DNA of 31,551 bases from IMG/VR virus record IMGVR_UViG_3300046744_000104, positions 1 through 31,551 of that record. One strand, 5' to 3'. Below, in pieces: positions 8,604-16,838 of the stretch. The number at the start of each line of letters is the position of its first letter. Positions within the stretch are counted from its first letter, which is position 1. This DNA is from a virus. Lineage: Duplodnaviria; Caudoviricetes. Below the pieces are notes generated by a model. That model made no database searches, was not told the origin of the DNA, and saw only the letters and a program-made list of their open reading frames with translations. The translations under genes and the position numbers were made by a program.

Positions 8604-9368
8604 ATGAATTTATTAATAGATGCAGACTACATAGTTTACAAATGCTGTGCAGCCTGCGAAACAGAGATAGACTACGGAAAGGACGTTATATTTGTTACAT
8701 CAAACTACAGTGACGCATATAAAGCCGTAACCAATGATATATCTAAAATAACAAAACAATTCGGCGATTTCGCCACACCAATACTATTTTTTAGTGACTC
8801 TAATAATTTTAGGAAAAAAATTTCCCCAGATTACAAGGGTCATCGAAATAGAAAAAAGCCCTGCGGATACAAACGTGTCATACGAGATCTAAGGATCAAC
8901 TATGAAGTGATTGTGATGAAAACGCTAGAGGCTGACGATGCTATGGGTATCTACGCCACAGCACACCCCGGCAACATGATTGTCTCACCTGATAAAGATA
9001 TGAGACAGATTCCCGGCAAACTATACAACCTAACCGACACTACCTACATCACACCAGAAGAGGGTGCAAGATGGCATCTGATTCAGACGCTAGCAGGCGA
9101 CCAGACAGATGGTTACAGTGGTGTACCCGGTATCGGTGTCAAGAGAGCTGAGACTTTGTTTGACAAAGAGGGGTACAGCTGGCAAACAGTTCTTAAAGCC
9201 TTTAACGATAAAGGATTGACTGATGCAGACGCTTTACTCAATGCTAGGCTTGCCAGAATACTTACACTAGATGACTATGATACCAAAAGACAAGAACCAA
9301 TCCTCTGGACGCCCGAAGTTTCCTTTACCGTTGACGACGGAGCAAGACTTCAAGATGCGAGTTATTGA
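8604..9368 (+). CDS. gp6: 5'-3' exonuclease (T7 gp6-like)
   Basis: LLIDAD, YKGHR, LEADD, SPDKD, GDQTDGYSGVPGIG. Confidence 0.95.
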   Translation: MNLLIDADYIVYKCCAACETEIDYGKDVIFVTSNYSDAYKAVTNDISKITKQFGDFATPILFFSDSNNFRKKISPDYKGHRNRKKPCGYKRVIRDLRINYEVIVMKTLEADDAMGIYATAHPGNMIVSPDKDMRQIPGKLYNLTDTTYITPEEGARWHLIQTLAGDQTDGYSGVPGIGVKRAETLFDKEGYSWQTVLKAFNDKGLTDADALLNARLARILTLDDYDTKRQEPILWTPEVSFTVDDGARLQDASY

Positions 9369-9495
9369 GGATAACTTACGTAAGAATTATGATAAGAAGG
9401 AAGACATTATCATTGTCTTTCTTGCTTTACAAAGACAGAACTTTGCACTGTCCAACGCATTGAAACAACTACTAGAAAACGCAATTATTTATTAA
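9271..9495 (+). CDS. nblA: NblA-like protein (phycobilisome degradation adaptor-like), overlapping the exonuclease 3' end
   Basis: LTTEQDFKMR matches the NblA LSLEQxF pattern, followed by a second amphipathic helix (IIVFLALQRQNFALSNALKQLL); located between exonuclease and RNR. Confidence 0.65.
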   Translation: MTMIPKDKNQSSGRPKFPLPLTTEQDFKMRVIEDNLRKNYDKKEDIIIVFLALQRQNFALSNALKQLLENAIIY

Positions 9496-10887
9496 ATGTC
9501 TAACTTAATCTCCCGTACTGGCAGGGTTGAGTCTTGGATAGAAGATCCTACATCAAGACTACCTGTGTCATGCACTACCTTCGTTGTTGAAGACAGCATG
9601 GAAGGTGACAACGGCATAGAAGCTAGTTGGAGATTCGCAAGTCACGCACTACGTTATGGTGCAGGCTGTGCAATCCACCTATCTAAGCTTAGACCAGCCG
9701 GAACAACAAACGACAAAGGACTTGTGGCTACTGGCCCAGTCAGCTTTGGCAAAATATACTCTGCTTTTAACGAGGTACTTCGTAGAGGTGGAGCTTACAA
9801 AAATGGTGCTATAGTATTGCACCTTGATCTATCACATCCAGATGCGGTAGACTTTATAACAGCAAACAGATCTGAATTACCTTGGGTCAAAAGATGTATC
9901 GACATTGATGAAGATATGTGGAAGTTTGCAACTCAAACTACAAAGGATGCTTTAATCTATGGAATCAAATCAGGAGACATTTGGCTCAACAAAATCAAAT
10001 ACACCAGAGTGCCATACATCGACGCCGGGGAGCGTATCTATGGGAACGTCTGCCTTGAAGTATACTTGCCCTCACGTGGAACTTGCTTGTTACAGCATGT
10101 CAATCTCGGTGCCTGTACACTCGACAACTTACAAGAGGCTTTCGTATCAGGCATGTCCGAGTTGTGTGATCTCCATGGCCGGACAGGTGTTGGAGAATCT
10201 GGAGAATACCTTACCCCAGAAGTTGACAGACAAGTGGGACTTGGAGTGCTCGGTCTTGCCAACTTCCTCAGACGTTACAACATCAGCTACAAAGACTTCG
10301 GAGAAGCCCTCCGTCTTGTCAACAAAGGATATAGTGCAGCCAACGAAGCCGGTATGGCGGCTACTGCCCTCGATCAAGCGATTTTTGAAGCCGCACAAGT
10401 AGCACACAAAAACAATATGGTAAGGGCGTTCGCTATTGCACCCACTGCCAGTTGTAGCTATCGCAGTAAAGACCTAGACGGCTTTACATGCACACCCGAG
10501 ATAGCACCACCAATAGCAAGAACCGTAGACAGAGATTCCGGCGAGTTCGGAGTAAAACAAGTAAACTACGGAGACGTTGAGATAGCAAGTGAAGTAGGAT
10601 GGGACGCATACAAGCGTGTAGCAGACGAAATCATGACGATGCTCGATAGGACAGGATTGCTTCATGGCTACAGCTTCAACTCTTGGAGTGATGTAGTTAC
10701 ATACAATGAAGCATTTATAGAGGAGTGGCTAGGAAGCTCACAAACCTCTTTGTACTACAGCCTTCAGGTAATGGGCGATGTTCAGGATAAGTCTGATGCT
10801 TACGCAGCACTAGCAGACACTGACATTGACAGTTACCTAGATGGTATTTTAAATGAAAACAAAATCGAATGTGACTGCGAACAATGA
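9496..10887 (+). CDS. nrdA: Ribonucleotide reductase large (alpha) subunit, minimal cyanopodovirus class I type
   Basis: NVCLE (NxCxE) active site, APTASCS, SLYY tandem tyrosines, C-terminal CDC; no ATP cone. Confidence 0.92.
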   Translation: MSNLISRTGRVESWIEDPTSRLPVSCTTFVVEDSMEGDNGIEASWRFASHALRYGAGCAIHLSKLRPAGTTNDKGLVATGPVSFGKIYSAFNEVLRRGGAYKNGAIVLHLDLSHPDAVDFITANRSELPWVKRCIDIDEDMWKFATQTTKDALIYGIKSGDIWLNKIKYTRVPYIDAGERIYGNVCLEVYLPSRGTCLLQHVNLGACTLDNLQEAFVSGMSELCDLHGRTGVGESGEYLTPEVDRQVGLGVLGLANFLRRYNISYKDFGEALRLVNKGYSAANEAGMAATALDQAIFEAAQVAHKNNMVRAFAIAPTASCSYRSKDLDGFTCTPEIAPPIARTVDRDSGEFGVKQVNYGDVEIASEVGWDAYKRVADEIMTMLDRTGLLHGYSFNSWSDVVTYNEAFIEEWLGSSQTSLYYSLQVMGDVQDKSDAYAALADTDIDSYLDGILNENKIECDCEQ

Positions 10888-11600
10888 ACCCATACACAAA
10901 ACTACAAAACAGAAAACGAACATGGACACCAGTCCAACCCACAAAAGGAGTATTAAAAGAAGGTGCTGAAGAAACCATCAAGCGTGCACTCGCAATACGT
11001 CATATGGAGTTACCAGTTGGAGAATTTATTTCTCAGGGACTGGAGAGGACTGTCCCGTCAACAGCGAGGGCACTTCTTGAATCTAACGTACAAGACGAGA
11101 TTAAACATGATCTCGCACTTGGTTACATTGTTGACGCCCACGGCGCTGATCCTAAGTCTGAGCTCGAAGCTAAGAGGTTAAGAGATGCTTGGATCGAACA
11201 CCCTGACCACACTATCACAAAAGCCCTCGTTGCAGAGCGAGCTATATTCTTTGTTCTACTACCTATGTTTCGCTTTCTTGGTGATGCTGCTCTCAGAACA
11301 GTATCAGCTGATATATCCAGAGATGAACAGATCCACGTTGCGACAAATAGTCTTGTATGCGCTGAGTTGGGGCTTGTTCCTAGCTCTTCTTTGGATAAGC
11401 TTCGGAAGGCAACTATACAATGGGTACTACAACCCCTAACAGAAAACAATACTGATAAATATTTAAGCAAAAAATTTTGGCTGGATGCGAGCGATCAGTT
11501 AATGTATCAAGGCAAAGCCCCACAGTTTTCTGACACAAAAGCAGCTCGTATGCCAGCGTTCTTTGAACATGCAAACACCAACCTCCCTCAATACGCTTAG
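10884..11600 (+). CDS. nrdB: Ribonucleotide reductase small (beta) subunit, ferritin-like
   Basis: Two ExxH motifs (DEIKH, DEQIH); ATGA-coupled to alpha; C-terminal Tyr (LPQYA). Confidence 0.85.
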   Translation: MNPYTKLQNRKRTWTPVQPTKGVLKEGAEETIKRALAIRHMELPVGEFISQGLERTVPSTARALLESNVQDEIKHDLALGYIVDAHGADPKSELEAKRLRDAWIEHPDHTITKALVAERAIFFVLLPMFRFLGDAALRTVSADISRDEQIHVATNSLVCAELGLVPSSSLDKLRKATIQWVLQPLTENNTDKYLSKKFWLDASDQLMYQGKAPQFSDTKAARMPAFFEHANTNLPQYA

Positions 11601-11754
11601 TTTCCAATCAGAGAAGCTAGAGAAATTAGTAGAGGATCTGGAATCCAAGTTCGCTTGGTATCCTATCCACCCCAAGGAGGACTTAGCCTCCATCATGTAT
11701 CGCTCTGGACAACAGGAAGTGGTACAATATATAAAAACTATTTTAAACGAATAA
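11569..11754 (+). CDS. Conserved hypothetical phage protein
   Basis: ORF 11563..11754, ATG 11569; LESKF...IMYRSGQQEVVQYI pattern seen in small T7-like genes upstream of the head genes. Confidence 0.75.
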   Translation: MQTPTSLNTLSFQSEKLEKLVEDLESKFAWYPIHPKEDLASIMYRSGQQEVVQYIKTILNE

Positions 11755-11755
11755 A

Positions 11756-12022
11756 ATGTGCATAAGTCTTGGTAGGAGATCACCTACCCCAGTATCAACA
11801 CCAGCACCAATTCAGCCTAGACAGCCTGATCTAGTATCAGCTGCTAGACTACCTAGTAAAAAAGAATTACTAGATCCAGATGAAACAGCAGGCGTTGAAT
11901 ACGGAACATCCGCAAAGAAGGATGATACAAGAGGAGCCGCTAAACGAACAGGTACAGATGCTCTTAAAATTAACATCAACACTGGTGGCGGTGGAGAAGG
12001 CTCTGGAGGATTAAATGTCTAA
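11756..12022 (+). CDS. Putative virion/tail assembly protein (T7 gp7.3-like)
   Basis: MC start, Pro-rich, RTGTDALKI and GGLNV end; directly before the portal. Confidence 0.6.
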   Translation: MCISLGRRSPTPVSTPAPIQPRQPDLVSAARLPSKKELLDPDETAGVEYGTSAKKDDTRGAAKRTGTDALKININTGGGGEGSGGLNV

Positions 12023-13595
12023 GGCAAGAGAAAGATACTCTCAACTTCAGTCGGGTAGAACACAGTTTCTAGACACAGCAGTTGAGTGCTCTGAACTTAC
12101 CTTACCATATCTAGTCAAACGAGATGAAAACTCTACAGGCAAGCGACAGTTGTTGCAACCTTATCAATCCGTGGGAGCTAAAGCGGTAGTAACACTTGCA
12201 GCAAAACTAATGCTCGCAATACTACCACCGCAAACAGCTTTCTTTAAACTACAAGTTAGGGATGACAAGCTGGGACAGACGCTTGACCCAATGATGCGTA
12301 GCGAGTTAGACTTATCTTTCTCTAAAATTGAGAGATTGATTATGGATTACATAGCTGCATCAAGTGATCGTGTAGTCGTACACCAAGCCTTAAAACACCT
12401 AATCGTGTCTGGTAATGCTCTAATATTTATGGGCAAGGATGGTCTAAAACACTATCCATTAAACAGATATGTTGTAGAGAGAGATGGGAATGGTAACGTT
12501 ATAGAGATCGTTACAAAAGAATTAGTTAGTAGAAAAGTATTGGGTATATCACCCCCACCTACTGACAGCCCGAATGGGGAATACGGTGATACAGAAGACG
12601 ACGCTGAGGTATACACCTGTGTTAAGATGGATGAGAGTAGTGGTAGCTGGAGATGGCATCAAGAGGTCGATGATATGATCTTAGATGGTAGCCAAAGTAC
12701 AGCACCAAAAAACACCTCACCATGGTTAGTGCTTCGATTCAATACAGTAGACGGAGAGGACTACGGACGTGGTAGAGTAGAGGAGTTTATCGGAGACCTA
12801 AGAAGTCTCGATGGGTTGTCTCAATCTCTAGTAGAAGGTGCAAGTGTGGCAAGTAAAGTTGTCTTTCTTGTATCACCATCTGCAACAACCAAGCCCGGAA
12901 CACTTGCCAAAGCTGGTAACGGAGCTATCATACAGGGTAGACCAGAAGACGTAGGAGTCGTGCAAGTCGGTAAGACAGCAGACTTTGCTACAGCTGCAAA
13001 TCTAGCAGCACAATTAGAAAAGAGAATACTTGAAGCTTTCTTGGTTATGAACATCAGGAACGCAGAAAGAGTTACTGCTGAAGAGGTACGCCTCACGCAG
13101 TTAGAACTAGAAAAGTCCCTCGGCGGCCTATTCAGCTTATTAACAGTTGAGTTTCTAGTACCATATTTAAACAGAACTCTGTTAATACTACAGAGATCTA
13201 ATCAAATACCAAGGCTACCTAAAGATGTCGTAAGACCAAAGATAGTAGCTGGTATCAATAGTCTAGGTAGAGGACAAGATAACGAAGCCTTGACTACATT
13301 TATAGCAACTGTTGCACAGACATTAGGACCAGAAGCGTTGATGAAATACATCGACCCAAGCGAAGCTATCAAACGATTAGCAGCAGCACAAGGTATAGAC
13401 GTACTGAATCTTGTACGTACAGCAGAACAACTAGAACAGCTTAAGCAGCAAAGTCAACAAGACATGACTAATAAGTCACTTGTAGATCAAGCCGGTCAGC
13501 TTGCTGGTACACCACTTATGGACCCATCTAAGAATCCAGATGTGGCAGAGCAAGCTTCAGCTGTACTAGGTAATTTACAACCACCAGAAGAATAA
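12015..13595 (+). CDS. gp8: Portal (head-tail connector, gp8)
   Basis: QSVGAKAVVTLAAKL, GEDYGRG, AERVTAEEVR motifs; 526 aa. Confidence 0.97.
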   Translation: MSKARERYSQLQSGRTQFLDTAVECSELTLPYLVKRDENSTGKRQLLQPYQSVGAKAVVTLAAKLMLAILPPQTAFFKLQVRDDKLGQTLDPMMRSELDLSFSKIERLIMDYIAASSDRVVVHQALKHLIVSGNALIFMGKDGLKHYPLNRYVVERDGNGNVIEIVTKELVSRKVLGISPPPTDSPNGEYGDTEDDAEVYTCVKMDESSGSWRWHQEVDDMILDGSQSTAPKNTSPWLVLRFNTVDGEDYGRGRVEEFIGDLRSLDGLSQSLVEGASVASKVVFLVSPSATTKPGTLAKAGNGAIIQGRPEDVGVVQVGKTADFATAANLAAQLEKRILEAFLVMNIRNAERVTAEEVRLTQLELEKSLGGLFSLLTVEFLVPYLNRTLLILQRSNQIPRLPKDVVRPKIVAGINSLGRGQDNEALTTFIATVAQTLGPEALMKYIDPSEAIKRLAAAQGIDVLNLVRTAEQLEQLKQQSQQDMTNKSLVDQAGQLAGTPLMDPSKNPDVAEQASAVLGNLQPPEE

Positions 13596-14393
13596 ATGGC
13601 AGAGAACACATTTACAGTAGATACTACACCACCAACAGAAACTATATCTGACAACCTTACCACTGACGAGCAAGACTCCCTTGCCGTCGGTGAGAAGATT
13701 GTTGAGCAACAGGAACAACTGTTAGCTGGTAAGTATAAAGATGCTCAAGAGTTAGAGAAAGCATATGTAGAGTTACAGAAAAAACTTGGTGACAAAGAAG
13801 AGGGTACAGATACAGCTAGTGCTGAGGAGCAATCAGAAGACACACCTAAAATGTCTGACGGTGCTACACTTATCACCGACGCTAGTAAGGAGTACTTCGA
13901 TAACGGTAATAAGTTATCAGAAGAAACTCTTGCTAAGTTCTCTTCTTTATCTAGCCAAGATCTTCTTAAGGCTTACATGGAAGTACAATCTAACCCAGAG
14001 TTTCAGCAACAAAATGCACCAGCAGCTGAGATTACTACCTCTCAAATCAATCAGATTAAGAACTCAGCTGGTGGCGAGCAAGCTTATGCTAACGTAGTAA
14101 ACTGGGCTAAGTCTAACTTACCTACAGATCAACTTACTGCATTTAACGAGGTCGTAAACTCAGGCAGCGTACAAGCTATACAGCTAGCGGTGTCTGGACT
14201 TAAAGCAGAATACGATAACGCAAATGGAGTAGAGGGTAGAATGGTAACAGGCAAAGCACCAACAAATAAAGGGGACACCTTCCGTAGTCAAGCTGAATTA
14301 GTATCAGCTATGAGTGACAGAAGGTATGATAGCGACCCAGCCTACAGGCAAGATGTTATCGAAAAACTAGAACGATCAGACTTAGATTTTTAG
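13596..14393 (+). CDS. gp9: Capsid assembly scaffold (gp9)
   Basis: Acidic; LAGKYK...LEKAYVELQKKLG; C-terminal AMSDRRYDSDPAYR. Confidence 0.92.
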   Translation: MAENTFTVDTTPPTETISDNLTTDEQDSLAVGEKIVEQQEQLLAGKYKDAQELEKAYVELQKKLGDKEEGTDTASAEEQSEDTPKMSDGATLITDASKEYFDNGNKLSEETLAKFSSLSSQDLLKAYMEVQSNPEFQQQNAPAAEITTSQINQIKNSAGGEQAYANVVNWAKSNLPTDQLTAFNEVVNSGSVQAIQLAVSGLKAEYDNANGVEGRMVTGKAPTNKGDTFRSQAELVSAMSDRRYDSDPAYRQDVIEKLERSDLDF

Positions 14394-14405
14394 GAGCTAC
14401 AAAAA

Positions 14406-14552
14406 ATGCCAATGGGAAAAGGAACTTACGGTTCAAAAAAAGGAAGACCACCAGCTAAAGGAAAGAAGGTGTCAAAGGGACTAGCCGCACTCGCAAAAAA
14501 AAGACCAAAAGTTGCGGCTGCAATCATGAAAAATAAGAAGGGTAAAAAGTAA
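14406..14552 (+). CDS. Basic microprotein 1 (48 aa, MPMGKGTYGSKKGRPP...)
   Basis: Manual translation; AGGAG RBS upstream; 17 of 48 residues K/R and no D/E; TAATG-coupled to the next ORF. Confidence 0.75.
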   Translation: MPMGKGTYGSKKGRPPAKGKKVSKGLAALAKKRPKVAAAIMKNKKGKK

Positions 14553-14677
14553 TGGCAGAACCTTATGATCTAACACCTATACCTAGAAAGAAACTGAAGA
14601 AAATACAGAAAAAATTAAAGGGAAAAGGTGGTAGCCCCTACGACTACTTTAAAGAAGATAACAACGGACCAGTATAA
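14552..14677 (+). CDS. Microprotein 2 (41 aa, MAEPYDLTPIPRKKLKK...YDYFKEDNNGPV)
   Basis: Manual translation; TAATG junctions at both ends. Confidence 0.7.
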   Translation: MAEPYDLTPIPRKKLKKIQKKLKGKGGSPYDYFKEDNNGPV

Positions 14678-14680
14678 TGG
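14638..14680 (+). repeat. 43-nt direct repeat, copy 1
   Basis: ctacgactactttaaagaagataacaacggaccagtataatgg; 37/43 identical to 14796-14838. Confidence 0.9.
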
Positions 14681-14835
14681 TTAAAAAAATTAAAAAGAAA
14701 GGAGTTAAAAAAATTAACCCTGCTGACTCTGATCCAGCAAAGTATATACGTGACAACCAGCTTATGCCGGGGTCAGGTATAGATAAAAAACTTAGCTACG
14801 ATTACTTTTCAAAAGATAACGACGGACCAGTGTAA
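14677..14835 (+). CDS. Microprotein 3 (52 aa, MVKKIKKKGVKK...YDYFSKDNDGPV)
   Basis: Manual translation; TAATG junctions at both ends. Confidence 0.7.
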   Translation: MVKKIKKKGVKKINPADSDPAKYIRDNQLMPGSGIDKKLSYDYFSKDNDGPV

Positions 14836-14838
14836 TGG
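14796..14838 (+). repeat. 43-nt direct repeat, copy 2
   Basis: ctacgattacttttcaaaagataacgacggaccagtgtaatgg; 37/43 identical to 14638-14680. Confidence 0.9.
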
Positions 14839-15083
14839 CTGTAAAGAAAAAGAACGTCAGTCTCAAAATGGGCAAGCACAAGTCTCGCTCAGGCGGACTG
14901 ACAGCAGCCGGTAGAAAAAAATACAATAGAGCTACCGGCTCTAACCTCAAGGCTCCACAGCCCGGAGGTGGTGCACGTAAGCGTTCTTTCTGTGCTCGCA
15001 TGAGTGGAGTAAAAGGACCAATGAAAAAACCTAACGGCAAACCTACACGTAAAGCATTGGCTCTACGTAAGTGGAAATGCTAG
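14835..15083 (+). CDS. Basic phage protein (DUF6321-like)
   Basis: GGLTAAGRKKYNRATGSNLKAP...RKRSFCARM...ALRKWKC; 25 of 82 residues K/R, no D/E. Confidence 0.8.
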   Translation: MAVKKKNVSLKMGKHKSRSGGLTAAGRKKYNRATGSNLKAPQPGGGARKRSFCARMSGVKGPMKKPNGKPTRKALALRKWKC

Positions 15084-15110
15084 TGATCACGCACTATTAT
15101 AGAGAGGCAA

Positions 15111-15320
15111 ATGGCTAGAACATACGGCATGGATGGATCAGAGTCTGGGTCCATTCCTGAGAGACAAGAAAAAAAGAAACGACTTGCTCAACGACCTAAA
15201 GACATGAAAGACTTTGAGTTTGAATCTATCCAAAGACAGTATAGTGGTAAAGATTATACAATCGAAGATAAGAAAAACGTAATTAACTACTACAAAAAAC
15301 AAAAGAAAGGCAAAGTCTAA
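15111..15320 (+). CDS. Charged hypothetical microprotein (69 aa)
   Basis: GAGG RBS upstream; TAATG-coupled to the next ORF. Confidence 0.7.
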   Translation: MARTYGMDGSESGSIPERQEKKKRLAQRPKDMKDFEFESIQRQYSGKDYTIEDKKNVINYYKKQKKGKV

Positions 15321-15490
15321 TGGCTAAACGAGGACTATACGCAAACATTCACGCCAAGCGTAAGCGGATCGCCGCTGGCTCTGGTGAGAAAATGAGAAAG
15401 GTGGGTTCTAAGGGCTCTCCCACCGCCGCTAACTTTAAACGGGCAGCGAAAACAGCAAAACCTTACAAGAGAAAATCAAAGAAAAAATAA
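15320..15490 (+). CDS. Basic microprotein (56 aa, MAKRGLYANIHAKRKRIAAGSGEKMRK...)
   Basis: Manual translation; 20 of 56 residues K/R; GLYANIHAKRKR motif recalled from marine phages; TAATG at both ends. Confidence 0.8.
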   Translation: MAKRGLYANIHAKRKRIAAGSGEKMRKVGSKGSPTAANFKRAAKTAKPYKRKSKKK

Positions 15491-15681
15491 TGACTGACAA
15501 ACTAATTAACATTTATCCAAATGAGACTCCACCTAGAGTCATTCCAAACTATCCAATTAACAAACATCCAATCATGACAAACGAAGCAGAAAGATTCAAT
15601 GGCTGGGCAGCAATGCTTGGTTTCGTAGCAGCAGTAGGTGCTTACGCAACAACAGGACAAATCATCCCCGGTATATTCTAA
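15490..15681 (+). CDS. hli: High-light inducible protein
   Basis: [13 protein letters not shown] chlorophyll-binding motif and TGQIIPGIF end; alternative start ATG 15574. Confidence 0.95.
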   Translation: MTDKLINIYPNETPPRVIPNYPINKHPIMTNEAERFNGWAAMLGFVAAVGAYATTGQIIPGIF

Positions 15682-16763
15682 TGGCAGCTATCTCAGTAAC
15701 AAGAGGTAGTCAAACTTCCAACTGGCAGAGCTTCTGTGAGTGGGTTACAAGCACAAACAACAGACTATATGTCGGTTGGTTTGGTGTCTTAATGATCCCT
15801 ACATTGCTAGCCGCAACAACTTGTTTTATTCTCGCCTTCATCGCAGCACCGCCTGTAGACATAGACGGCATACGTGAGCCAGTTTCCGGCTCGTTATTAT
15901 ACGGAAACAATATTATATCAGGAGCAGTCGTCCCCTCCTCTAACGCAATCGGACTACATTTTTATCCTATATGGGAAGCTGGCACACTGGACGAGTGGCT
16001 ATATAACGGCGGACCGTATCAACTTATCGTTTTCCATTTCCTCATAGGTGTCGCAGCTTATGCTGGTAGACAGTGGGAACTATCTTATAGACTCGGTATG
16101 AGACCGTGGATATTTGTTGCTTACACAGCACCTCTATCCGCAGCCTTAGCTGTGTTTTTAGTCTACCCTTTCGGACAGGGGAGTTTCAGTGATGGTATGC
16201 CTCTTGGTATTTCTGGTACTTTTAACTTCATGTTTGTATTCCAAGCAGAACACAATATCCTTATGCACCCGTTCCATATGCTCGGTGTTGCTGGGGTATT
16301 CGGTGGAGCTCTTGCCGCAGCTATGCACGGAAGTCTCGTTACTTCCTCTATCGTTAAGGAGACAACAGAAAACGAATCTCAGAATTATGGCTACAAGTTT
16401 GGTCAGGATGAAGAGACTTACAACATCGTTGCAGCCCATGGCTACTTCGGTAGATTAATTTTCCAATATGCTTCTTTTAATAATTCTCGTAGCTTACACT
16501 TTTTTCTCGCTACTTGGCCCGTCGTTGGCATATGGCTTACCTCAATGGGCATCTGCACAATGGCTTTCAACCTTAATGGTTTTAACTTTAATCAGTCCAT
16601 TGTCGATACAAACGGCAAGGTCATTCCTACTTGGGCAGACGTTGTAAACAGACAGAACCTTGGTATGGAAGTGATGCACGAAAGAAATGCACACAACTTT
16701 CCACTTGACTTAGCATCAGCTGAGTCCACAAACGTAGCCCTTACAGCACCAGCTATAGGGTAA
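15681..16763 (+). CDS. psbA: Photosystem II reaction centre protein D1
   Basis: Full 360-aa D1; YZ, D170, E189/H190, H332/E333 and NFPLDLA intact; Gln at standard position 130. Confidence 0.99.
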   Translation: MAAISVTRGSQTSNWQSFCEWVTSTNNRLYVGWFGVLMIPTLLAATTCFILAFIAAPPVDIDGIREPVSGSLLYGNNIISGAVVPSSNAIGLHFYPIWEAGTLDEWLYNGGPYQLIVFHFLIGVAAYAGRQWELSYRLGMRPWIFVAYTAPLSAALAVFLVYPFGQGSFSDGMPLGISGTFNFMFVFQAEHNILMHPFHMLGVAGVFGGALAAAMHGSLVTSSIVKETTENESQNYGYKFGQDEETYNIVAAHGYFGRLIFQYASFNNSRSLHFFLATWPVVGIWLTSMGICTMAFNLNGFNFNQSIVDTNGKVIPTWADVVNRQNLGMEVMHERNAHNFPLDLASAESTNVALTAPAIG

Positions 16764-16769
16764 GACCAC

Positions 16770-16825
16770 GTCCGTTCATCTCTTCGGAGACGCATGATAA
16801 CCTAGCATGGAACGGGGCTAGGGTA
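16770..16825 (+). ncRNA. Downstream-peptide (glutamine-II) riboswitch
   Basis: CCGTTC(16772-77) pairs with GAACGG(16810-15); TCTC-TTCG-GAGA hairpin (16779-90); pseudoknot CCTAGC(16801-06)/GCTAGG(16817-22); directly upstream of a YRG peptide. Confidence 0.85.
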
Positions 16826-16838
16826 TATGGAGATTACA

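Noticed and set aside
9959-10402. 147-aa alternate-frame ORF inside nrdA
   Set aside because: Ser/Thr-rich off-frame composition, no RBS or motif; fully nested in a conserved gene
14638-14838. 43-nt repeats read as a mini-CRISPR array
   Set aside because: Only two copies, a 115-nt spacer, protein-coding, not palindromic, and no cas genes
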